Assembly (NCBI GenBank): GCA_045578165.1
Contig: JAZNJR010000003.1
Location: 1,402-65,401, forward strand
DNA from: Acutalibacteraceae bacterium
Lineage (GTDB): Bacteria > Bacillota > Clostridia > Oscillospirales > Acutalibacteraceae
Direction of reading: 5' to 3'
Length of the DNA stretch: 64,000 nucleotides
Part shown: one piece after another, positions 44,980 through 53,001 of the stretch
Numbering within the stretch: the stretch's first letter is position 1
Layout of the letters: each line of letters begins with the position of its first letter
Translations under genes and position numbers: made by a program
Notes under the pieces: model-generated
Database searches by the model: none
What the model saw: only the letters and a program-made list of their open reading frames with translations
Told to the model about the DNA's origin: nothing

Positions 44980-45915
44980 ATGAAAATACAACAGGCGTTT
45001 ATTGATAAAGAAAAGAAGTTTTTAAAGGGTGGTCTGCATTGCCATACTACCCGTTCGGACGGTAAATTAACCCCCGAAGAAGTTATTACATACGCCAAAG
45101 GTCAGGGTTATGACTTTTTTGCCATTACCGACCACCAAATTTACACCTTGCAGCAATATGCCACTGAAACAGGGGTTATTACCATACCCGGCATGGAATA
45201 TGGCAACGACCTTGTTAAAAGCGATTACGGTTTTCGTTGTTATCACACCGTATGTCTTGGCCCCACCAAAGAAGATGGTAACGGTTTTGAACACGACCAA
45301 AAATTTGACTGGGGTTTTGCGCCTAATGCCGAAGCGTATCAACCCTGGCTTGATGAAATTCATAAAAAGAATAACTTAACTATTCTTGCACACCCAATTT
45401 GGAGCCAAACCAGCGCAAAATATTTTGAAACCCAAAAGGGCAATTTTGCAATGGAAATTTGGAACACCGGCGGCGCGCTTAACGGTGGTCGTGACGACGA
45501 CGCTGCTTATTGGGACGAAATTTTGGGTCAGGGCAAGGTTTGGTACGGTGTTGCCACCGACGACGCCCATTCATACGACGATCTTTGTAAAGGTTGGGTA
45601 ATGGTTAAAGCCGATAAAGGCTTAAATTCAATTTTAGCAGCACTTAAAAACGGCGAATTTTATTCTTCTTGCGGTCCCGAAATTTACAATTTCTACGTTG
45701 ATGACGGTAAAGCAGTTATCGAATGTTCGCCATCAAAATTAATTAGTCTTCACAGCGATATGCACCCTACTCGCACTTTAGTGGACGAAGAGGGTAATTT
45801 AACCCGTGCCGAATTTGATATTGAAAACTTCTGGGCAGGAAAATACAAATACGTAAGAATTAGCATTACCGACCAAGACGGCAAAAAGGCATGGACCAAC
45901 CCAATATTTTTATAA
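44980..45915 (+). CDS. PHP-domain metallohydrolase (CehA/McbA-like)
   Basis: GGLHCHTTRSDG near the N-terminus, then FAITDH and ATDDAH. The ATG at 44980, after AAGGTG, is preferred over the GTG at 44971. Confidence 0.65.
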   Translation: MKIQQAFIDKEKKFLKGGLHCHTTRSDGKLTPEEVITYAKGQGYDFFAITDHQIYTLQQYATETGVITIPGMEYGNDLVKSDYGFRCYHTVCLGPTKEDGNGFEHDQKFDWGFAPNAEAYQPWLDEIHKKNNLTILAHPIWSQTSAKYFETQKGNFAMEIWNTGGALNGGRDDDAAYWDEILGQGKVWYGVATDDAHSYDDLCKGWVMVKADKGLNSILAALKNGEFYSSCGPEIYNFYVDDGKAVIECSPSKLISLHSDMHPTRTLVDEEGNLTRAEFDIENFWAGKYKYVRISITDQDGKKAWTNPIFL

Positions 45916-45920
45916 TTTTT

Positions 45921-45950
45921 AAGAGCAGGGTGTTTGCCTTGCTCTTTTTA
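45921..45950 (+). terminator. rho-independent terminator ending the 28-kb locus
   Basis: AAGAGCAGG-gtgtttg-CCTTGCTCTT followed by TTTTA. Confidence 0.6.
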
Positions 45951-45983
45951 AAGTTGGGTGTTATAATTTGATTGGTGATTAAT

Positions 45984-46652
45984 ATGAATGTTAAAAGAAA
46001 TTTAATTATAATTATCACGGCTTTGGCTTGCGGTTTTATGAGTGTCGTGGATGCTGTCATTCAACCCGGGTATTTTATTAAGTCTTTAATTAAAATGGCA
46101 TTGTTTTTGCTTTTGCCGCTTTGCTATTCGCTTTATGATAAAAAATGCGACCTAAAAAAATTGTTTATACCCGATAAAAAGGGTATAATTGCCGCGTTAT
46201 TACTTGGGTTTGGGGTATACGTGGTGGTATTAGGGGCATACTTTGCTTTTTGTGGCATTTTCGATTTTTCCGCCCTTACCAAAAACTTGACTGCCACAAC
46301 CGGAGTTAACAAAAACAATTTTATTTTCGTTGCGGTTTATATTTCTTTTGCAAATTCGTTACTTGAAGAATTTTTCTTTCGCGGGTTTTCGTTTTTAACT
46401 TTAAAAAGTGTTTCAAATCGCACACTGGCTTACCTTGTAAGTGCAACTTTATTTGCGGTTTATCACATTGCAATGATGGTCGGCTGGTTTGCATGGCCTG
46501 TAATTTTGCTTTCTATGATAGGTTTGTTTGCGGGCGGTGTAATTTTTAATTTTATGAATGAAAAATTCAATAACATTTATCTTTCGTGGCTTATACATAT
46601 GTTTGCAAATTTTGCAACAAATACAATTGGGTTTATATTATTTAGTGTATAA
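45984..46652 (+). CDS. CPBP family intramembrane glutamic endopeptidase (CAAX protease-like)
   Basis: Multi-pass membrane protein with EEFFFRG and a later H (AVYHIAM ... LIHMFANF). The start is uncertain (ATG at 45984 or TTG at 45972). Confidence 0.75.
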   Translation: MNVKRNLIIIITALACGFMSVVDAVIQPGYFIKSLIKMALFLLLPLCYSLYDKKCDLKKLFIPDKKGIIAALLLGFGVYVVVLGAYFAFCGIFDFSALTKNLTATTGVNKNNFIFVAVYISFANSLLEEFFFRGFSFLTLKSVSNRTLAYLVSATLFAVYHIAMMVGWFAWPVILLSMIGLFAGGVIFNFMNEKFNNIYLSWLIHMFANFATNTIGFILFSV

Positions 46653-46676
46653 TTTTGGTTTTTGGCTTTTGCTATA

Positions 46677-46705
46677 TTGCTAATTTTAATTTGTTGTGTT
46701 AAAAT
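46677..46705 (+). promoter_or_regulatory. candidate promoter (extended -10) for the HAD / nitrilase-GDPD genes
   Basis: TTGCTA (46677-46682), 17-nt spacer ending in TGT, TAAAAT (46700-46705). Confidence 0.4.
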
Positions 46706-46737
46706 ACACTTGAAAATAACCTTAAAGGAGAATATAT

Positions 46738-47544
46738 ATGCAAGCAATTAAAGAAAAAATTGGTTTTATTTGCGATATGGACGGTGTTATCTATCACGGT
46801 AACCGCATTTTAGATGGTGTGCCCGAATTTATAAATTGGTTGCAAAAAAACAATAAAAAGTTTGTTTTTCTTACCAACAGCTCGGAAAGAACTCCTCACG
46901 AACTTAGTATGAAACTTGAAAGAATGGGGCTTTCGGTTGGGGCTGACCATTTTTATACAAGTGCCATGGCAACCGCGGCGTTTTTGGCAAGTCAAAAGCC
47001 AGATGCCACTGCTTACGTTATTGGCGAAGCGGCTTTAACCAAAGCGCTTTATGATAAAGGCATCTATATGAATGACGTTAACCCCGATTACGTTGTTGTG
47101 GGCGAAACCGGTACCTACAGTTTCGAAAAAATTGAAAAGGCAATAAACCTTGTACTTAGCGGCGCAAAGCTTATCGGCACCAACCCCGACATTACCGGTC
47201 CTACCGAAAAGGGCATAATGCCCGCAACCGGTGCACTTATTGCTCCGATAGAAATTGCCACCGGCAAAAAGGCATATTTTGTTGGCAAACCAAACCCCTT
47301 AATGCTTCGTCACGGCCTTAAAAAACTGGACTGTCACAGTCAAGACATTGCTTTTGTTGGCGATAGAATGGACACCGACATTATCGCAGGCATTGAATCA
47401 AACGTTGATACTGTTTTGGTGCTTTCGGGCGTTACTTCTGTGGAAGATATCAACTTCTATCCTTATCGCCCCAAATATATTTTAAACGGTGTTGGCGATA
47501 TTGTTAAAGATGAACCGGTTAATATTGGAAAATTAAATTGGTAA
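46738..47544 (+). CDS. HAD-IIA family hydrolase (NagD-like sugar/nucleotide phosphatase)
   Basis: 268 aa. Motif I ICDMDGVIY, FLTNSS, and the C-terminal GDRMDTDI. Confidence 0.85.
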   Translation: MQAIKEKIGFICDMDGVIYHGNRILDGVPEFINWLQKNNKKFVFLTNSSERTPHELSMKLERMGLSVGADHFYTSAMATAAFLASQKPDATAYVIGEAALTKALYDKGIYMNDVNPDYVVVGETGTYSFEKIEKAINLVLSGAKLIGTNPDITGPTEKGIMPATGALIAPIEIATGKKAYFVGKPNPLMLRHGLKKLDCHSQDIAFVGDRMDTDIIAGIESNVDTVLVLSGVTSVEDINFYPYRPKYILNGVGDIVKDEPVNIGKLNW

Positions 47545-47561
47545 TTTTGGAAGTGTTTTAA

Positions 47562-49178
47562 ATGAAAGCTTGTGTTATTCAGCCCGCTTATTCAACTTTA
47601 TTTTCTTTAAGCGAAACATATTTTGAAAAGCAACTTGAATTACTTAATAGTTGCGATGAAAGTATGGACGTTATCGTTTTGCCCGAATCGGCAGACACCC
47701 CTTGCCTTGCAAAAAGTGTGCAAGAAAGAAAAATGGCTTTTGAAAAGTTTAATGAAAGAATTTTAACCGCTGCTATAAATACCGCAAAACGTTGCAATGC
47801 AATTGTGTTTGTAAACGTAAAGCGTCCCTTTGGCGAAAAATTTCGCAATACAACGGTTGCAATTAACCGCCGGGGCGAAATTGCGGGGGAATATTATAAG
47901 CAGCATTTAACACCTATGGAAACCGCAGCAGAAGATATTGACAGCGATTATACTTTTAAATATAACGCGCCAACTGTTGTGGAAATTGACGGCCTTCGTT
48001 TTGGCTTTTTAACCTGTTACGATTTTTATTTTTACGAATATTTTTCCACCTTGGCAAAGCTTAATTTGGATTTTATAATCGGTTGTTCGCATCAGCGAAG
48101 TGACAGTCATTCTGCACTTGAAATAATTACAAAATTTTTGGCATATAATACCAACACCTACGTTTTGCGTTCGTCGGTTTCTATGGACGAAAACAGTGAT
48201 ATCGGAGGCGGCTCTATGATAGTTGCCCCTAATGGTGACGTTTTGGTAAATGCCGAAAGTAAAGTTGGTGTTTTTACTGCTACACTTGACCCCAAAAAGA
48301 AATATTATAAACCCGCAGGGTTTGGTAATAATGATGCGGCTCATTGGCAGTATATTGAACAGGGGCGTCGCCCTTGGTTTTACCGTACGGCAGGTGCTGC
48401 AACCATACCTTATGATGCGGTTAAACCCTACCCTCGCGTGTGTGCGCATCGTGGTTTTAATACCGTATCTCCCGAAAACACAATGCCGGCTTACGGTGCG
48501 GCGGTTGCAATGGATGCCGACGAAATTGAATTTGATTTATGGCCCACAAAGGACAAGGAAATTGTTTCCTGCCATGACCCGAATTTAGACCGCGTGTCAG
48601 ACGGTACGGGTAACGTGTTTGATTATACTTATGAAGAACTTTTAAAGTATGATTTTGGTGTTAAATATACTGAACGCTTTGAGGGTCTTCGCATTGTAAA
48701 ATTTGAAGAAATTTTGCAAAAATTCGGTGGTCGCACAATTTTAAACATACATATAAAGCCATTTTTTGACCGCCCCTACCCGCGCGATATTATGGAAAAA
48801 ATCATTGGTCTTATTCGTCAGTACGACTGTGAAAAGTACGTTTATTTAATGATTGAAATTGATGCCGACATTAAGCAATTTAAAGAATATGCACCTGATA
48901 TTGCGGTTTGCATTGGTCATGATTTTAAACGTAACTGGGCAATCGTTGACAGAGCAATTGAACTTGGTGTAGAACGTTTGCAGTTTTATAAACCGTATTA
49001 TAATCAAGAAATGGTGGACAAAGCCCATGCACACGGCATTATTTGCAACGTTTGTTGGTCAAATACCCGCGAAGAAACCGAAGAATTTGTAAAAATGGGT
49101 ATGGACGTAATCCTTACCGACGAATTTAAACGTGTTCAAAATTGGGTGAACGAATTTAAAGATAAAAAGCAGTCTTAA
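47562..49178 (+). CDS. fusion protein: carbon-nitrogen hydrolase (nitrilase superfamily) domain + glycerophosphodiester phosphodiesterase (GDPD) domain
   Basis: N-terminal half has VIVLPES (Glu), YYKQHL (Lys) and FGFLTCYDFYF (Cys), the E-K-C triad context. C-terminal half has CAHRGF...PENTMPAY...EIEFDLW...VSCHD, the GDPD signature. Confidence 0.75.
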   Translation: MKACVIQPAYSTLFSLSETYFEKQLELLNSCDESMDVIVLPESADTPCLAKSVQERKMAFEKFNERILTAAINTAKRCNAIVFVNVKRPFGEKFRNTTVAINRRGEIAGEYYKQHLTPMETAAEDIDSDYTFKYNAPTVVEIDGLRFGFLTCYDFYFYEYFSTLAKLNLDFIIGCSHQRSDSHSALEIITKFLAYNTNTYVLRSSVSMDENSDIGGGSMIVAPNGDVLVNAESKVGVFTATLDPKKKYYKPAGFGNNDAAHWQYIEQGRRPWFYRTAGAATIPYDAVKPYPRVCAHRGFNTVSPENTMPAYGAAVAMDADEIEFDLWPTKDKEIVSCHDPNLDRVSDGTGNVFDYTYEELLKYDFGVKYTERFEGLRIVKFEEILQKFGGRTILNIHIKPFFDRPYPRDIMEKIIGLIRQYDCEKYVYLMIEIDADIKQFKEYAPDIAVCIGHDFKRNWAIVDRAIELGVERLQFYKPYYNQEMVDKAHAHGIICNVCWSNTREETEEFVKMGMDVILTDEFKRVQNWVNEFKDKKQS

Positions 49179-49193
49179 TTGACTGCTTTTTTT
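49165..49193. terminator. bidirectional terminator shared by convergent genes whose stop codons overlap it
   Basis: AAAAGCAGTC-ttaatt-GACTGCTTTT followed by TTT. The plus-gene stop is at 49176-49178 and the minus-gene stop at 49175-49177. Confidence 0.6.
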
Positions 49194-49990
49194 ATTTCTT
49201 CTTTAATTACGTTTGTACAAACGGTAATTTTTATCATCGCGGCGGCGAAATAAATAAAATATGAAAAACCGTCCAGTCGGGAAAACAAATTACCAAAAGT
49301 CACGGTGCTTATGGCACTGGCATAGGGGTAACTTAGTTCGCCCGCAAGGGTTGTTCCGAAAAGTAAAATTGAATTAAATAGTCCGATAAGAAACATTGCG
49401 TTGCCAAGTGATATTCCGGCAAGTGCGGTATGAATTTTAACCTTTTGTTGTTTTGCATAAAGGGTTAACACCGCGCAAGGTAAAGTGACCGACCTGATAT
49501 ATGGCAATGCTTGTAAAAATAAGTTTTTAATATTCGGAAGGGAATAAATATAAATATTTTTTAAATTAAAATCTTTAAAAGTTGCAAAAAAGAAAAACAC
49601 AAGCAAAGCAGAGCAAACTATACCCGCAACAAGCGAAAAGTTTAAAATTTGGTGGTGCTTTCTGGTGCAAAAATATAAAACAGGTAGTATGAAAAGCAGT
49701 AAAATCCAAAAATTTTGCTTATCGTTTAGAAGTGTTTTTGCAATAAATTTTAAAAAGGTTACGGCTGTATCGCTCACAAAAAATACTGCCAAAAACAAAA
49801 TGGGGTATTTTAAAAAATCGAATTTAAAGGTTGCAAAGAACACTAAAATCGACAGTAAAAATGAAATTAGAAAACCCAAAAAAGTAAGACGGTCGGCGTT
49901 TTTTGTGGGTAAATTTATAACTGCGCCGCCTAAAATAAATAGCACCGAAAGCCATAAAAAATGGTGTGAAAAATCTTTAGTATTTGTCAA
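49175..49990 (-). CDS. short GerAB-like germinant-receptor membrane subunit (tentative)
   Basis: 271 aa with about 8 TM helices. Third gene of the operon with the GerAA-type gene, overlapping the upstream gene by 14 nt. Shorter than typical B subunits. Confidence 0.5.
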   Translation of the reverse strand: MTNTKDFSHHFLWLSVLFILGGAVINLPTKNADRLTFLGFLISFLLSILVFFATFKFDFLKYPILFLAVFFVSDTAVTFLKFIAKTLLNDKQNFWILLLFILPVLYFCTRKHHQILNFSLVAGIVCSALLVFFFFATFKDFNLKNIYIYSLPNIKNLFLQALPYIRSVTLPCAVLTLYAKQQKVKIHTALAGISLGNAMFLIGLFNSILLFGTTLAGELSYPYASAISTVTFGNLFSRLDGFSYFIYFAAAMIKITVCTNVIKEEIKKAVN

Positions 49991-50543
49991 AATAATACCC
50001 CTTTTCTGTCGGACTTATTATGGGCAAAATTGGGCTTTCGTTTTCGCAAATCTCAAAAAGTCGGTTTTTGTGTGTCAGTTTTTTATCATTTTTTGCGGTT
50101 TTAATCATTGACATTAAATCGTATCCAACACTTATGGAAGAAAGGGGCTTTACCCCTAAAAGCTTTGCGGCATTTTCGGTTTTTACAAAGAAAACCGAAA
50201 GGGTAATATCGGGATGTTCTTTACAAAACCGCATAACCCCTTTAAGCTTTGTGCGGGTTATACCACTTCCGACTGCAATAATACCGCAATGACTTAAGAT
50301 TATTTTTTGTGTGGTTTGTTTTTCAATTTCGGCTACCGCATCTATCAAGGTACGACCAACACCGCTTACAATTTCGCGTTTTTGCTCATCAATTTCGGTA
50401 TTAATTATTACCGCCTCAAACGATACGGTGTAAAGCCCTTTGTCGTAATCAACTCCAAGTGCCGAAATTAAATATTCTTGCGGTTTTTGACTGCATCCGC
50501 AAAGCAAAACGAAACATAAAAAAGCAATAAATATTTTCTTCAT
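49977..50543 (-). CDS. short GerAC-like germinant-receptor lipoprotein (tentative)
   Basis: 188 aa. Lipobox LLCGCS followed by LISALGVDYD, resembling the N-terminal part of Ger(x)C lipoproteins. The usual C-terminal domain is absent. ATGA overlap with the upstream gene. Confidence 0.5.
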   Translation of the reverse strand: MKKIFIAFLCFVLLCGCSQKPQEYLISALGVDYDKGLYTVSFEAVIINTEIDEQKREIVSGVGRTLIDAVAEIEKQTTQKIILSHCGIIAVGSGITRTKLKGVMRFCKEHPDITLSVFFVKTENAAKLLGVKPLSSISVGYDLMSMIKTAKNDKKLTHKNRLFEICENESPILPIISPTEKGYYFDKY

Positions 50544-52024
50544 TTTTTGCCCTGCCTTGTAATGTTTTTGTTAAAAAACGGACGTGTTTTCATATATTGC
50601 CAAGGCACACGCACAAAGGTGTCTTTTAGCGACTGAAAACTTGCTTTGTTAAGGGACAGGGCATAGCTGTTACCGTATGACGAAAGCGAAACAATATACA
50701 TCAAAAGGGTTAGCAGTCCCGCAAAAAGACCGTAAAGTCCAAAAAACGATGCTAATAAAATAAAACAAAAGCGTAGATAAAAAACCGCCGCTTTAAGACG
50801 GGGAAGCATAAGCCCTGCAATTCCCGAAAGGGCAACAATTATAAGGGTGGGTGCACTTACAATTTTGGCTTCGACTGCGGCTTGTCCAACCACCAAACCG
50901 CCCACAATTGAAAGGGCAGGACCAATATTTTGGGACATTCTAACCCCCGCTTCTTTCAAAATTTCAAAAATTAAAATCATTCCAATGGTTTCGGTAACAA
51001 CCGAAAAAGGTACCGCCGACCGAAGTTTTGTAACCGTTATGACAAAACTTGTTGGCAAAAATTCGGGATGAAGGGTGGTTATTGCCACAAAAAGTGCAGG
51101 TGCAAAAATCGCAATTGCAAAGCAAAAATACCGCATAATTCTGCCCAAAGTGCCCATCCAAAAGGTTTGGTAATAATCTTCGTCTGACTGAAAATTTTCC
51201 GAAAATAAATAGGGGATGGTGGCAACCATCGGTGTACCGTCAACCACAATGGCAATTCGTCCCTCTAAAAGACGGGCGGCAACCACGTCGGGTCTTTCGG
51301 TAAGTCCTGCAGTTTTAAAAAGTGAAAAAGGGTGCGGTGAAATTTCTTCAATAATATAGTTTGTATCTAAAATACCGTCAATGTCGATTTTGTTAAGTTT
51401 TTCTTTTAGAATTTTTATGGTTTTGGGGTTTGCAAGTGTGCCAAGATAACAAATAAAAACCGCAGTATTTGACCGTTTGCCAACACGGGTAATATCAATG
51501 CACAAATCGGGGGTTTGAAGACGTCTTCTAATCATGGCAAGGTTTAATAAGCTTGCTTCGTCAAACCCCTCGCGCGGTCCCTGTAAAATGCGTTCGTTTT
51601 GGGGTTCGCTTATTCCGCGCGTGCGCCAACCCTTTACGTCAAGCATTAAGGCGGTGGGGCTTGAATCTATTAAAAGCAGCGCTTCTCCGTATAAAATCCC
51701 CTCTAAAATTTTTGAAATTTCGTTTTGTGTCTTAACGTCACGCGCAAATAGCATTTGTTTTTCAATATATTCGGCAATGTTTTGGCTGTCGTCTTCAACG
51801 TTCATCATAACAAGGGGTTTTATAATAGCTTCGTTTACTTGGTTTGAGTCGACCATACCGTCTATATACAAAAGCGCCGCATTAAAGGTTACGCTTTTTC
51901 TGGCGCAAATGTGTTTAATGCGAAGTGTTGCATCATTTTTAAAAATGTCATTAAAGGTTTGTATATCGGTCTTTAAATTGCCGCTGATAAAACTGTTTTT
52001 ATAATCAAGAATGTTTCCTGCCAT
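50540..52024 (-). CDS. spore germination protein, GerAA/KA family
   Basis: IVVDGTPMVATIPYLFSENFQSDEDYYQ and a C-terminal multi-TM region typical of GerA-family A subunits. The start is moved to the ATG at 52024 (MAGNIL), 6 nt after GAGGTG. Confidence 0.8.
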   Translation of the reverse strand: MAGNILDYKNSFISGNLKTDIQTFNDIFKNDATLRIKHICARKSVTFNAALLYIDGMVDSNQVNEAIIKPLVMMNVEDDSQNIAEYIEKQMLFARDVKTQNEISKILEGILYGEALLLIDSSPTALMLDVKGWRTRGISEPQNERILQGPREGFDEASLLNLAMIRRRLQTPDLCIDITRVGKRSNTAVFICYLGTLANPKTIKILKEKLNKIDIDGILDTNYIIEEISPHPFSLFKTAGLTERPDVVAARLLEGRIAIVVDGTPMVATIPYLFSENFQSDEDYYQTFWMGTLGRIMRYFCFAIAIFAPALFVAITTLHPEFLPTSFVITVTKLRSAVPFSVVTETIGMILIFEILKEAGVRMSQNIGPALSIVGGLVVGQAAVEAKIVSAPTLIIVALSGIAGLMLPRLKAAVFYLRFCFILLASFFGLYGLFAGLLTLLMYIVSLSSYGNSYALSLNKASFQSLKDTFVRVPWQYMKTRPFFNKNITRQGKK

Positions 52025-52071
52025 AAAATTCACCTCAATGAATTTATTATGGCACGAATTTTCGCATAAAT

Positions 52072-52109
52072 ACAAAATAAAAACTGCGGTAGCCAAGCTA
52101 CCGCAGTTT
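52072..52109 (-). terminator. rho-independent terminator after the VanY-like gene
   Basis: In minus sense: AAACTGCGGTAGC-ttg-GCTACCGCAGTTT followed by TTATTTTG. Confidence 0.65.
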
Positions 52110-52111
52110 AA

Positions 52112-52993
52112 TTAATAAACGTAATTACCAATGCCTTTATATTGGCAATATTCTTCATAACACATACCAAGAGAGTTCATTTCCTTGGCGATATTAATAC
52201 CAACAAAACGCCAATGCCACGGTTCATAAATAATGCCGCCGGTAATGTCCATTTTGTCTTTGGCATAACGCATTATAAAACCATAATCTTCGGCATTTTC
52301 TTTGAGCCACGCAAATGCTTTTGTCCCTTCAAAAGAAGTTTGTGTGGAGTTAAAGTCAACCGCCAAGCCGGTGTGGTGTTCACTCGTGCCGGGCACAGCC
52401 ACACGGGATGACGCTTCTTTTATAGCGTCTGCTTCGGCATAACCTTTATCTTTCCATTTTTTAATTTGGGCATCGTAAAGGGTCTTTTGGGTGCCGTAAT
52501 CACGCCAAGCGGAAATAATACCAATGCTTACGCCGTCAGCACGTGCTGCGTCCATCATGGCTTTAAGATAAGGCCAAATGTCCTTGTCAATTTTGCGGTA
52601 AACTTCAGCTTGTGAATACCACTTATATTCGCTTGGGAAAACCATCATATTTGCTTTATAATCGTGGTTTTGGGGTAACGGATTTTTAATATTAACTAAA
52701 ATGGTTTTGCTGAAATTTGCATCCCCTTCAAAAGTGCCTACCTGTACGGGCTCGGGTGTAGAATTAATCGGCTCTTTTGATTCGGCTTCGCTTGAAGTGT
52801 CATCACTTGAGGTACCTTTTTCGGATTCGTTTTTGTCGGTGGTTGAATTTTGTCCGGCTGGGTCAGTTTTATTAACGCAACCCGAAATACCAAAGCTTAT
52901 ACCCACAATGGCGGCAATAAGAACAATGCTTACGCCACATAAAAACAAATTTCTACGAATTATTGCCTGTTTTCTTTTGCTTTTTCGTGTCAT
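52112..52993 (-). CDS. D-alanyl-D-alanine carboxypeptidase, VanY/M15B family, membrane-anchored
   Basis: 293 aa. N-terminal TM helix, SEHHTGLAVD and EPWHWRFVG zinc-site motifs. Confidence 0.85.
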   Translation of the reverse strand: MTRKSKRKQAIIRRNLFLCGVSIVLIAAIVGISFGISGCVNKTDPAGQNSTTDKNESEKGTSSDDTSSEAESKEPINSTPEPVQVGTFEGDANFSKTILVNIKNPLPQNHDYKANMMVFPSEYKWYSQAEVYRKIDKDIWPYLKAMMDAARADGVSIGIISAWRDYGTQKTLYDAQIKKWKDKGYAEADAIKEASSRVAVPGTSEHHTGLAVDFNSTQTSFEGTKAFAWLKENAEDYGFIMRYAKDKMDITGGIIYEPWHWRFVGINIAKEMNSLGMCYEEYCQYKGIGNYVY

Positions 52994-53001
52994 TTAATCA
53001 C

